From the IMG/VR virus record IMGVR_UViG_3300021093_000054, positions 1-64,000 of that record: a stretch of 64,000 bases of DNA, one strand, 5' to 3'. The notes below the pieces were generated by a model that had not been told where the DNA came from, did no database searches, and saw only the letters and a program-made list of their open reading frames with translations. How positions within the stretch are numbered: the first letter of the stretch is position 1; each line of letters starts with the position of its first letter. The stretch is from a virus. Both the position numbers and the translations under genes were made by a program. Positions 39,413 through 48,826 of the stretch are shown here, piece after piece.

Positions 39413-39598
39413 TTAATTTAAAAGGTAAGTTATTATATAAGAAAGAAAAACACCAAAAATAATAATTTCAATCTTTGAAAAAGTTAATACTGTAGGTGGG
39501 TCATTGAATAATGACAAAATAAACATAAAACTGATTCTTGTTACACTTAAAATTGAAAAAACAAAAAGAAATAAAAAAATATTATCTACACCAAACAT
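39413..39598 (-). CDS. Small membrane protein
   Basis: Two hydrophobic helices. Confidence 0.6.
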   Translation of the reverse strand: MFGVDNIFLFLFVFSILSVTRISFMFILSLFNDPPTVLTFSKIEIIIFGVFLSYIITYLLN

Positions 39599-39600
39599 AA

Positions 39601-39777
39601 TTAATTTTTTCTTGATTCCAGAACTTCTTTTCTTAACACTTGCATCAAATCTTTTAATTCTTGTGCTGTTTTTCTAACTCTTGTTCCAGCTGTTTTGTTT
39701 CCTTTTTCAAATTTGTCATAATCAAAACTTAATGACTCCACAAGGGTTTTAACTTTTTGAATTGTTGTCTCCTCCAT
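39601..39777 (-). CDS. Histone H1-like Hc1 family protein (58 aa, not in ORF track)
   Basis: MEETTIQKVKTLVESLSFDYDKFEKGNKTAGTRVRKTAQELKDLMQVLRKEVLESRKN; KGNK.AG.R.RK signature. Confidence 0.85.
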   Translation of the reverse strand: MEETTIQKVKTLVESLSFDYDKFEKGNKTAGTRVRKTAQELKDLMQVLRKEVLESRKN

Positions 39778-39831
39778 TTTTTTATTATAAAAGTTTATTT
39801 TTAATATAATTTAATATTTTATTATACATTG

Positions 39832-40305
39832 TCAATAGATAACTGTCATATTACTATCTATGGACCTATATATTGTTAAAATAACATCTAAATCTGATTT
39901 TGTGAATGGTTTTTTTCTATCGAACATATCAACAAAAAATTCTGGTATTGATTTTTTAACTTTGTCTTCTGGGTGATTATAAAATATTTCCTTAAAGAAG
40001 TCTTTGAAGTAATCATAGTGTTCACCGGTTTCATTAATTAAGATATTTTCTTTTTCAAATGTTTCTATTGTTTTTTTCCAACACCAATTAAAGTGATTGA
40101 GGTTGTCTTTGTCAGACATTTCTATTTTACTTTCTCGTTCTTCTTCACTACCGCCAAGGTATGTGTCATATAGTATTGTAACGAGTGTATATGTAAAATC
40201 ATAAAATAGGTCCATTTTTTCAAATACAATGTTATTTGTTTTGAACCAGATATCAACTTCACTATATTCTAATTGTTGTGTCAGGTAATTAAAAAAATTC
40301 TCCAT
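39832..40305 (-). CDS. Hypothetical protein
   Basis: ORF track. Confidence 0.7.
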   Translation of the reverse strand: MENFFNYLTQQLEYSEVDIWFKTNNIVFEKMDLFYDFTYTLVTILYDTYLGGSEEERESKIEMSDKDNLNHFNWCWKKTIETFEKENILINETGEHYDYFKDFFKEIFYNHPEDKVKKSIPEFFVDMFDRKKPFTKSDLDVILTIYRSIDSNMTVIY

Positions 40306-40354
40306 AAGATGTGTTCTTATGGAGAATAATAAGTTTAATTATGACTTTTGTAAA

Positions 40355-41749
40355 TTATTGTGTCCTTTTTGAATAATTCATTAATTCTGAAATTCTTTTA
40401 AATTCTTCCTTAACTTTTTTACGTTTTTTAGGTTTTTCATCAAAAACGGGACTTGGTACTCTACCATATGATTCGTCTTTCCATTTTGATAATTGGTCAG
40501 ATGCAAAATATTCGCCAAATTTATCATTAACACCTGTGTTTTCTGCGTTTACCCAATCTTGGTTATTTCCGTTGCTTGAACTCCCTTTGATTTGTTTTTC
40601 AATGGTATCTTTTTTAGGTTTTATTTCATCATAATCAGGAATATTTTGTCCACCAATTTCAATATTGTAATCTGTACCTTCTTGATCAATTTCATAAGCC
40701 TTTTTATCCATTTTAGCTAACTGACCATTTCCTTTTGGAAAATGTTTTGGGTTTGTTTCATATTTACCTTTTGACCCATCTTTAATGTAATCTATCATCT
40801 TTTTTGCGACAGATTTTAAATAGTCTTTATTTTCTTTTCCAGATTCTTTATGAATTTTTTCGTACTTTCCAAGACCTTTTGGTGTTGCACCTTTTTTGAT
40901 ATTATCTTTTTCTTCTTTTACAATATTTTCAATAATATCAATAACTTCACTTTCACTAAACAAAGCACTTTCATCACCATCAACTAATCTATATAGTGTT
41001 TCTTCTAAATTAGAATTATCGGTGTATTCTTTATCACCCATTTTAAATTTACCTCCTTTAGGTGTTTGTTTTAATTTATTGGTAAAAGCATTTCCTTCTT
41101 CCATTTCTTCATCAACATCAACTTTACCTTTTCCTGGCCATCCTTTTTTGGATCTTTTTGCAAAATATAGTTCAGACATTTTTTCTTTTAATCTTTTAGG
41201 GACTTTTTCACCTTTTTCTTGATATTTTTGAGTTAAATCCTTTAAACTTCTAATTTGTAAATCTATATCTGCAATTGATTTACCAGCATGTTCACCAGTT
41301 TTTTTAACTTTGACATCACCTTTCCATTTTTCATCTAATGGTATACCACCAGTACCAAACTGACCACCACCACATTCTTCACACATTTTACCTTCCATAT
41401 AATCACCTTTCATACTACCACCACATTCCATACAATCTTTTTCTTGTACATCACCTCTTAACATTTTAAAGTCTTGTCGGTCTAATCTTCCGTTTCTATT
41501 TTTATCAAGTTTACGCTGTCCTCCGTGAAGTTTTTCAAGCATTTCAGCACCACCACCTTTCATAGCACCACATTCAACACATTCACCTTCATAAAATTCA
41601 TTACTACCACATTCACATACATTACCTTCTGCAACATAATCAAATGAATCTGATTTTATTTTTTCCATAACTTTATTGGCTTTATCCTCTAAAGTTTCAA
41701 GAATTATTTTATTTGCTAGTCTTTTTAAATATTCTTTAGAATTTCTCAT
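40355..41749 (-). CDS. Leader-bearing protein with CxECG repeats and an EF-hand-like loop; probably head-associated
   Basis: CECG, CVECG, CMECG, CEECG; DKNRNGRLDRQDF; multiple xxE sites; upstream TATTTAT. Confidence 0.65.
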   Translation of the reverse strand: MRNSKEYLKRLANKIILETLEDKANKVMEKIKSDSFDYVAEGNVCECGSNEFYEGECVECGAMKGGGAEMLEKLHGGQRKLDKNRNGRLDRQDFKMLRGDVQEKDCMECGGSMKGDYMEGKMCEECGGGQFGTGGIPLDEKWKGDVKVKKTGEHAGKSIADIDLQIRSLKDLTQKYQEKGEKVPKRLKEKMSELYFAKRSKKGWPGKGKVDVDEEMEEGNAFTNKLKQTPKGGKFKMGDKEYTDNSNLEETLYRLVDGDESALFSESEVIDIIENIVKEEKDNIKKGATPKGLGKYEKIHKESGKENKDYLKSVAKKMIDYIKDGSKGKYETNPKHFPKGNGQLAKMDKKAYEIDQEGTDYNIEIGGQNIPDYDEIKPKKDTIEKQIKGSSSNGNNQDWVNAENTGVNDKFGEYFASDQLSKWKDESYGRVPSPVFDEKPKKRKKVKEEFKRISELMNYSKRTQ

Positions 41750-41770
41750 TTCGTTTTTTATTATAAATAT

Positions 41771-42469
41771 TTAGTACTTTGGATTTGACTTAAATTCCTT
41801 AGATATAATTTCTTTAATTTCATTTTCAGTCAATCCGTATTTTTTTGACATAGTTTCAATAACCTTTTCAGTTGTTGATTCATTGAAGATATCAAGCGCT
41901 TTAATGTCTCCTTGATTACAATAAGGAAATCTTTTACATTTTTTTTTAACCTGGACAAACTTGCCGCCTGGTAATTGTGTTTTACGCCATGATCTACCTT
42001 TTCCTTTGGGTGTATTACCTTTCATTTTAATATCTTGAAAACTATTGGTATCATACTGACCACTAGAGCTTGAAGATGTTGCTTCTTTAAATTCTTTTTT
42101 TGAGAATAGTGGTGTATTATCTAATGCCGCATATCCACCACCGGTTCCCATCGCCTCTTTATTTTCTGATTTTTTACCTTTACTATCTAATATTGACCTT
42201 AAAAATGCTTTTAATTCACTTGGTTCTTTCAAAAAATCTTTTATTTTTTCTTTAATTTTATTTGCTGAAAGTTTTTTATTTTTTGCCAACAAATAAATTT
42301 CTTTCATATCGTCTGAATGAATTAAATAATCTTCTGGTGAATTTCTTTCTGTGCCTTCATCTTCTGTAAATTCTTTTTTCATATTCGACACATCAGACCC
42401 CCTTAGACCAAGGTCGTTTGCTTGTCTACCAAGTTCAGATATAAACATATCTCTAAGTGAATCACTCAT
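41771..42469 (-). CDS. Hypothetical protein (probably late/virion)
   Basis: KEAT.SSSSGQY, KCKRFPYCNQG. Confidence 0.65.
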   Translation of the reverse strand: MSDSLRDMFISELGRQANDLGLRGSDVSNMKKEFTEDEGTERNSPEDYLIHSDDMKEIYLLAKNKKLSANKIKEKIKDFLKEPSELKAFLRSILDSKGKKSENKEAMGTGGGYAALDNTPLFSKKEFKEATSSSSSGQYDTNSFQDIKMKGNTPKGKGRSWRKTQLPGGKFVQVKKKCKRFPYCNQGDIKALDIFNESTTEKVIETMSKKYGLTENEIKEIISKEFKSNPKY

Positions 42470-42714
42470 AACCCTTTGAATTTAGATTCCCAGAAACTTC
42501 TTTGTTGATACATAATTGTATAGAATTCTCTGAAAGATTTTATTATTAAGTCTTTGACTTCACCATTTAATTTACCATTTTTTTTCATTTCTTTGGTAAT
42601 TCTTTCAACCAATTTATCTTCAAATTGTTTTGCAGTATTTGACCCAAGAAAGTCTTTCATTTCTTTTTTAATTAATGATTCAATTTCTCTTTTATCTGCT
42701 TGACTAAGTGCCAT
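42466..42714 (-). CDS. Hypothetical protein
   Basis: ORF track. Confidence 0.65.
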   Translation of the reverse strand: MALSQADKREIESLIKKEMKDFLGSNTAKQFEDKLVERITKEMKKNGKLNGEVKDLIIKSFREFYTIMYQQRSFWESKFKGL

Positions 42715-43124
42715 TATTTGAATAATTGTATATAAGTTATGGTTGCAAAAATAACCCCAGAAACAATTTCTATTATATTGTTTTTAATTTTAACGTTTTT
42801 AATTTCTTTTCTTAAATCCTTATTGTCTTCTTCTAATAATTTATATTTTTCTTCAGTACTTTTAATAATAACTTCATTATTTCTATCTTTTTGTTCAAGT
42901 TTTGAAATTATTGAGTCCTGGTCTTTTACTTTTTTTTCAAATTCTTCTATTTCTTTTTTATCCAAGATGTTTGTTTTTCTTAACTTATCCAATTCGTTAA
43001 GATCCTTTAAAACTTCCTTACCAATTTCTGTTGGAAAACAAATTATTGTTGTATCGACATTTGTTTTTTGGCTAAAACCAAAAAAACAAAGTGACAAGAA
43101 AATAAAAAATAGTATATTCTTCAT
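42714..43124 (-). CDS. Signal peptide, coiled coil and C-terminal TM (spanin-like candidate)
   Basis: Topology, and position near the amidase. Confidence 0.45.
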   Translation of the reverse strand: MKNILFFIFLSLCFFGFSQKTNVDTTIICFPTEIGKEVLKDLNELDKLRKTNILDKKEIEEFEKKVKDQDSIISKLEQKDRNNEVIIKSTEEKYKLLEEDNKDLRKEIKNVKIKNNIIEIVSGVIFATITYIQLFK

Positions 43125-43126
43125 AA

Positions 43127-43480
43127 TTAATATTTGTATCTAACCCTAAATGCACTATCAACTTGTTTGTTTGTCCATTTAGGAATTTCTTTTTCTTTTA
43201 TTTCGTAATAGTTATTTATTGTTGTTTTTTGTGACCTAATATTGTCAATATTTTCATTTATAATTTTAATATTTTTTTTGTAAACCGATATCGAATCGTC
43301 CAATTCTTTTTGTTTATTTTTCAAATCCAAAATCTTTTGGTCCAATTGGTCAAGTTTATATTTTAAAAGTTCACTTTTGTCTGGTGCTGGTGTGTAAACT
43401 TTAATTAACAAAAAAACAACCATACCAATTAGTACGACTAATAAAATTTCTCTAAAATATTTTATAAAAAATTCTTTCAT
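43127..43480 (-). CDS. N-terminal TM plus coiled coil (i-spanin-like candidate)
   Basis: Topology, and position near the amidase. Confidence 0.45.
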   Translation of the reverse strand: MKEFFIKYFREILLVVLIGMVVFLLIKVYTPAPDKSELLKYKLDQLDQKILDLKNKQKELDDSISVYKKNIKIINENIDNIRSQKTTINNYYEIKEKEIPKWTNKQVDSAFRVRYKY

Positions 43481-44121
43481 TATTCTTTTGTTTTCTTTCT
43501 TACCGCAATTACTTTAGACCATTTAGTTTTGAACTTTTCATAATATTGTTTAAGTTTATTCATCATTTTTAGAAATTCTTCATCAACTTGCATCATAGTA
43601 CCGTTAATGTACACACCATTGTTTTCACCAATTGAAAAGAAAAATTCCAAATCATATTCAGTGATTTTTCCAGACCATTCGACGTTGTTTGGATATAAAT
43701 TCAATTTATTAAAATCAACAATTTCAGCAACCTCATTAACAAATTCATCCATACTTTCTTGGAAGGCTATCTTATCATCTGTTGTTAGTTGTAAATCTTT
43801 TTCACTAGCTCCGTGGATGTATAAAATTCCACCAGAAATTCTATATCCTTTTTTCTTATCTGATTTTTTTTCTTCTTTATCATCACCTGGTTCACCATCA
43901 TCCGCAGTTTCATATTCAATGTCCTTTTTAATACTATCCATAGGATTATCCCTTTTGGTAATATTATTTGGTTCATCTATTTTTCCAGTCTCATCTTCTG
44001 GCTGTTCCATTATAAGACCATATCTTTTTTTAATTTCATAAGATTCTTTGATCATCTTTTCACCACCTAACATAGTTCTGGATGCTTTAAGTAAATTTCT
44101 AATTTCTTCGTAATTATTCAT
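43480..44121 (-). CDS. Hypothetical protein with leader-like N-terminus
   Basis: MNNYEEIRNLL...IKE...IME. Confidence 0.7.
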   Translation of the reverse strand: MNNYEEIRNLLKASRTMLGGEKMIKESYEIKKRYGLIMEQPEDETGKIDEPNNITKRDNPMDSIKKDIEYETADDGEPGDDKEEKKSDKKKGYRISGGILYIHGASEKDLQLTTDDKIAFQESMDEFVNEVAEIVDFNKLNLYPNNVEWSGKITEYDLEFFFSIGENNGVYINGTMMQVDEEFLKMMNKLKQYYEKFKTKWSKVIAVRKKTKE

Positions 44122-44710
44122 TGTCTAATTTTTTTATAAAATATTCAAAATCAAAAGCAGGACTCAAGTCTGTGGATTCTTCATCAATATTTGATCTTGT
44201 GATAATCCCACTAAATGTTTCCAGTCTATTTGTTTTTGTATTATGTCCAATACAAATTGGTTCTATATTAAACTTTTTAGATAACTTAATACAAAGTTCA
44301 GCTGTTTTATCCAACTGTATTTGTGTATAAGGTTCCCAAAAAAAATAGTCTCTCCATTTCTTACTGAACACTTTCTCTTTATAAATACTCCCCAACCAGT
44401 TAATGTGATGATTTTTTAGTGGTTGTTTTTCTAACCAACCAAGATTTTCCAAAGAAATGATAATAGACTGTTTATCATACACAGTATTGTTTAACATTTT
44501 ACCATAATGTTCATCATCCATTGTTTGTAAAACAATACCTTCTTTTGTTACAATGTAATGTGGTAATTTATCATATTTCTTGTTGTGTCTATTTCTCAAT
44601 GCTGTTAAATATTCATCAGCATTTCTTGATGTGTGGGTTAAAACTATCTGAATTTTATTTTTTTCTACACCGAAATTATTGTTAATTTTTTTATCTAAAA
44701 TTTCAAACAT
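44114..44710 (-). CDS. N-acetylmuramoyl-L-alanine amidase (Amidase_2)-like protein
   Basis: IVLTHT, PHYIV..EG, SLEN.G, YT..Q, D..PAFDF; second His ligand is ambiguous. Confidence 0.7.
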   Translation of the reverse strand: MFEILDKKINNNFGVEKNKIQIVLTHTSRNADEYLTALRNRHNKKYDKLPHYIVTKEGIVLQTMDDEHYGKMLNNTVYDKQSIIISLENLGWLEKQPLKNHHINWLGSIYKEKVFSKKWRDYFFWEPYTQIQLDKTAELCIKLSKKFNIEPICIGHNTKTNRLETFSGIITRSNIDEESTDLSPAFDFEYFIKKLDNE

Positions 44711-45752
44711 TCTTTTTATATGTAAGTCTTTTTATACCACCAATATCATTTGTTGTTGTAGTTGTTTCCATAGGAACGTCTATCCAATAATCAACATTAT
44801 CAAATAAATCTTCATCATCTACTTGGTCGGTACTTGGTCGGTACTTGGTCGGTACTTGGTCGGTTTCTTCTTCAACTTGGGGGGTACTTGTGGGTTGGTT
44901 GTGGATTGGTTGTGGGGTTGGTAGATTGGTTGATTGAAAATTTTCATCTTCTTTTCTACTGGACTTGAATGCTTGATTTGTTGCAATAACCAAAGTAATT
45001 GCCAATGGATCAAAAACAAAAATCAGAATTAAAATAAAAAGATTTGCAGTTCTTTTTATTTCCCAATCTAAAAGTTCACTTACGTATTTGATTGCACCAA
45101 GTTCACTATTCCCAATGTCTTGTGATTCCATATCTAAAATCTGAACATCAAGTTTTGTTATACTATCGTTATAACCATCGATTCTTTTTGAAATTGTATC
45201 TCTTCTTGATTGTGCTTCTTTTAATTGTCCTTCAAATGATTTTCTATTTGCATTATTTGCTCTTGTAATTAATTGCCCAGTTCTTTGGTCTACAGTTTGT
45301 GTTGTTGTATTTGTAGATAGTCCATCCCTTAATTTTGTAATATCACCATCGAGGGTTATTTTTTCTTTTGTTAATTCGGTTTTTATTTCTTCAAATCTTT
45401 TCTTTTTAACTTCAACATTCTTTACTTGTTTTTCACTTATTTCAAGTTTTGCAATATTTCCTTGGAATCCGGTACTAAGTAATCCATAGATACCCAAAGA
45501 AGTAATAATTGATAATATTATAAGTGCAATTGTCATATAAATTTTTAAGACACCATATGTTTGTTTCCATTTATCGTGAAGATATGTAGCTATTGCTATT
45601 TTAGAAATTTCAAGGAAGGATCCCATTATTATTACCGGAATTGCAACACCGACAAACACAATGGACAAACCAACAACACTATAATATGCTGCGGTTGCTG
45701 ATAAACCAAGAGCACAAAATAACATAAACCAGGGTAAAAATTTTTCTTTCAT
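44703..45752 (-). CDS. Multi-TM coiled-coil membrane protein
   Basis: SATAAYYSVVGL, LEISK, TSLGIYGLLS, FVFDPLA. Confidence 0.75.
   Translation of the reverse strand: MKEKFLPWFMLFCALGLSATAAYYSVVGLSIVFVGVAIPVIIMGSFLEISKIAIATYLHDKWKQTYGVLKIYMTIALIILSIITSLGIYGLLSTGFQGNIAKLEISEKQVKNVEVKKKRFEEIKTELTKEKITLDGDITKLRDGLSTNTTTQTVDQRTGQLITRANNANRKSFEGQLKEAQSRRDTISKRIDGYNDSITKLDVQILDMESQDIGNSELGAIKYVSELLDWEIKRTANLFILILIFVFDPLAITLVIATNQAFKSSRKEDENFQSTNLPTPQPIHNQPTSTPQVEEETDQVPTKYRPSTDQVDDEDLFDNVDYWIDVPMETTTTTNDIGGIKRLTYKKNV
44820..44864. repeat. 11-bp tandem repeat (TACTTGGTCGG)x4 in the coding region
   Basis: Four exact copies. Confidence 0.95.
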
Positions 45753-45792
45753 ATTATATTAATATAGTTTATAAATACTTATTATAAAGGAT

Positions 45793-46176
45793 ATGAAAAA
45801 TTCACTACTAAGGGAATCAATTAGGAAACATTTATTGTTAGAAAAAAGGATTGCAACATTGAGGTCCCAGATATCGATTACATTTGAAGTTAGATTAGAC
45901 AAGGGTGGACATACTCAAGATAGACAAGTAGAGAGAAATGTTAGTAGGGGTGATATTAATTTATTATTGGGTAAAGCTGTTGATGAAATAACAACAAAAA
46001 TTATTTTAAAAGAAATAAAAAATGGTGATGTTTTTATTGTTAGAAGTAAATCTGATAATTTATTCATCCCGGTCATACTGATTGAGGAAGACCCTTATAA
46101 TTTTGTATTATTAACAAAAACTGTAATCAGAAAAAACGCTCAAGGTAGACCACAATTAACAATTTGGGTTGATTAA
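45793..46176 (+). CDS. Leader-bearing protein with possible RelE/BECR-like fold
   Basis: MKNSLLRESIRKHLLLE leader; H..DR..ER.V and C-terminal KTV pattern. Confidence 0.55.
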   Translation: MKNSLLRESIRKHLLLEKRIATLRSQISITFEVRLDKGGHTQDRQVERNVSRGDINLLLGKAVDEITTKIILKEIKNGDVFIVRSKSDNLFIPVILIEEDPYNFVLLTKTVIRKNAQGRPQLTIWVD

Positions 46177-46305
46177 GTAGGATAGGACATTAGTATCTGA
46201 ATCGTCTTCCATCTTCCTATCGACTTAGGCTTGTTCATTCCTAAATCACTTCTACTTAACCCACCACCTAGAGCTCGTTAGTGACTTTTAACCCTCGTTG
46301 TTTGT
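46166..46305 (-). ncRNA. Putative promoter-driven three-way-junction ncRNA
   Basis: TATCTTTG at 46310-46317 with no adjacent start codon; stems UUAAGUAG/CUACUUAA, GAUUUAGG/CCUAAGUC, GAUAGGA/UCCUAUC. Confidence 0.55.
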
Positions 46306-46328
46306 GATACAAAGATATGTTGTTTTTT

Positions 46329-47231
46329 CTAATTTACCAAACTTTTTTGATAAATATTTTGGAATATGTAAGAAATTACATCAACGGTCCATCCATTACC
46401 AATCATTTTTTTTCTTTGGTTTAAAGTTGCAATTGATGTGTAGTTATCTGGTAGTGTTTGTAATCTTTCGTATTCCAGAATATTAAGTTCCCTTAAATTT
46501 CCATCAACAACAACACCATAGTTACAGGCCGTGTTTAGTGTATTTGTTTTACCGTGACTTACTCTACCTCTTCTTGTTTTACTCTTCGGAACTTCAAGGT
46601 TTACACAATCACCATTATTAGCATACAAATATCCTTGTTTTGTTCCATTCCTTATTTTAAAACCTTCGTCGTTTATATCTAACACAACAAGGTGGTCGTT
46701 TATTATTTTTTCTGAACCATCTGGTTTTAAAATATCTAAAATGTGAATGTTCTTATCTTCCATATTCTTATCAATTGGAATGTTAGTCCAATAAAGTCTT
46801 TGTCTTTTTTGAGCCGAAAAAAATTTACTGTCAATCATTATTGGTTCAACACCAATTGCGTCTGTTATAATTTTTTCCCATTCTTTTTTCATTACAACAT
46901 TTTCTAAAAGAAAATATGTTGGTTTTACTTCATTTAATATTCTAACATATTCCCAAAATAAACCACTCTTTCCGTCAAATCCTGTATTGTCACCTGACCT
47001 ACTAAATGATTGACATGGTGATCCACCTATAAGTAAATCAATTTTTGGTAATGTTGAGGTATCCAAACCTACAACACTACCTAATTGGATTGTATTTGGG
47101 AAATGGTGTTGTGTAAGGGAAATTGCGTGTTTATCAATTTCTGAAGCAAAATAATTATCAACTTCAATACCAGCTCTTTGTAGTGCTAGTTGTCCGCAGG
47201 AAATACCATCAAATAGACTCAATATATTCAT
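46329..47231 (-). CDS. DNA cytosine-5 methyltransferase (paralog 2)
   Basis: LSLFDGISCG, GGSPCQ, LLENV, Q.R.RLYW, GNGW. Confidence 0.93.
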   Translation of the reverse strand: MNILSLFDGISCGQLALQRAGIEVDNYFASEIDKHAISLTQHHFPNTIQLGSVVGLDTSTLPKIDLLIGGSPCQSFSRSGDNTGFDGKSGLFWEYVRILNEVKPTYFLLENVVMKKEWEKIITDAIGVEPIMIDSKFFSAQKRQRLYWTNIPIDKNMEDKNIHILDILKPDGSEKIINDHLVVLDINDEGFKIRNGTKQGYLYANNGDCVNLEVPKSKTRRGRVSHGKTNTLNTACNYGVVVDGNLRELNILEYERLQTLPDNYTSIATLNQRKKMIGNGWTVDVISYIFQNIYQKSLVN

Positions 47232-48027
47232 ATTTCATATTTTTGAATATATGTTCTATAATACCTACGGTCCAACCATTTCCTAACATTTTATATCTTT
47301 GAGTATTGGAAACAACTGAAGAATAATTATCTGGAACATTTTGTAATCTTTCGTATTCAACTGGTGTTAGCATTCTAATATTACCATTATCCATAACACC
47401 ACTCATTTGTTGATTACCAAATCCTTTATAATCTCTAGCAAGTAATGTTGCCGATTTATCACCACCAGGTTTATGTGTCTTTTTTTGGTTTGACACAATT
47501 ATATGTTGACCACTTAAAAGTATATCAGACATTTTTACATTTTTATCTTCTGGTTGTTTTATATTTGAAATGTTGGTCCAGTAGAGTCGTTTTCTATTTT
47601 GTGCAGAAACAAGATTACTATTTATTAAAATTGGTTCAACACCCATATGTTGTGTAATAACATCTTCATATTCTTTTTTCATCACAACATTTTCAAGTAA
47701 AAAGTATTTTGGTTTACATTCTTCCATTAACCTAACAAATTCAAAGAACAATTTACTTCGTTCGTCTTCGAAATTTAATTGTTTACCAGCAAATGAAAAT
47801 CCCTGACACGGACTACCACCAATAAGTAAATCAATTGGTGGTAGGTCAGTTCCTTTAACTTGTGTAACATCACCAATTTGTATTGTTTCTGGATAGTTAT
47901 GTTGTGTTACTTGTATTGCAAACTTATCTATTTCTGATGCAAAGTACTTATCATATTTAATACCAGCTTTGTTTAGTGCAATTTGTCCACAGGACATTCC
48001 ATCAAATGAAGAAAGTACATTCATCAT
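47209..48027 (-). CDS. DNA cytosine-5 methyltransferase (paralog 1)
   Basis: FDGMSCG, GGSPCQ, LLENV, QNRKRLYW, GNGW. Confidence 0.93.
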   Translation of the reverse strand: MMNVLSSFDGMSCGQIALNKAGIKYDKYFASEIDKFAIQVTQHNYPETIQIGDVTQVKGTDLPPIDLLIGGSPCQGFSFAGKQLNFEDERSKLFFEFVRLMEECKPKYFLLENVVMKKEYEDVITQHMGVEPILINSNLVSAQNRKRLYWTNISNIKQPEDKNVKMSDILLSGQHIIVSNQKKTHKPGGDKSATLLARDYKGFGNQQMSGVMDNGNIRMLTPVEYERLQNVPDNYSSVVSNTQRYKMLGNGWTVGIIEHIFKNMKYEYIESI

Positions 48028-48824
48028 AGATAGTCAAATAGTTCAGATGATTCATTACGAAGTCTACGAAGAGCTTTTTCTTTGATTTGTCTAACTCTTT
48101 CTTTTGTTAAGTTAAAATCTGACCCAATGTCTTCCAAAGTTCTTGGTGTACCAGTAAGGCCAAAATAGTCACCGATGATTGATTTTTCACGGTCGTCCAA
48201 AACATTAAGTAATGACAACAACTTGTCTTTAAGAATGTCTTTTGTATTAAACCCAGCGTCTGGAGCTACAGCATCTGGATTTTCAATAAGATCAATAAGT
48301 GTATCACCTTCTTCGTTGATATTCATATCAAGATTAATTATTGAAGGAAGTCGGGCAAACTTATCATCCAGTTTTTTACCGGATTGTTCAACTTCTTTTT
48401 TTGCTTTTTGTAAATCCTGGACAACATTAACTGGGAGTCTGATTGTTCTTGCATTGTCATTTAGGGATTGAATAATTGATTGTTTAACCCACCACACAGC
48501 ATATGAAATAAATCTTAAGTCTTTATTCCAATCAAAATTTTTAATTGCTTTCATAAGACCAAGGTTTCCTTCGGCAATAAGATCCGATAAATCAAGACCT
48601 TGATTCTGATACTGTTTTGCAACAGTGATAACAAAACGAAGATTTCCTTCCAATAGTTCGTCTTCTATTTTTTTTCTTTCTCTTTCCGAAATCTCTTCAG
48701 ATTTCATTTTCAAAGCAAGCTCCTTCTCACGATCTGGAGTCATAACTTTAATCTTTCTAATGTCTTTTAGGTAGTGATAAATTTCGTCCTGATTAATTGG
48801 GGCACCGATGTTCTTTTCCTTCAT
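48024..48824 (-). CDS. RpoD-family sigma-70 factor
   Basis: YLKDI, NLRFVITVAKQY, DLIAEGNLGL, RFISYAVWW, ARTIRLP, LTKERVRQIKEKALRRLR. Confidence 0.93.
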   Translation of the reverse strand: MKEKNIGAPINQDEIYHYLKDIRKIKVMTPDREKELALKMKSEEISERERKKIEDELLEGNLRFVITVAKQYQNQGLDLSDLIAEGNLGLMKAIKNFDWNKDLRFISYAVWWVKQSIIQSLNDNARTIRLPVNVVQDLQKAKKEVEQSGKKLDDKFARLPSIINLDMNINEEGDTLIDLIENPDAVAPDAGFNTKDILKDKLLSLLNVLDDREKSIIGDYFGLTGTPRTLEDIGSDFNLTKERVRQIKEKALRRLRNESSELFDYL

Positions 48825-48826
48825 AT

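Noticed and set aside
44820-44864. Second CRISPR or iteron array
   Set aside because: Head-to-tail repeats without spacers, inside a coding region
46166-46305. Hammerhead ribozyme or tRNA
   Set aside because: No CUGANGA/GAAA core at the junction; no T-loop or cloverleaf
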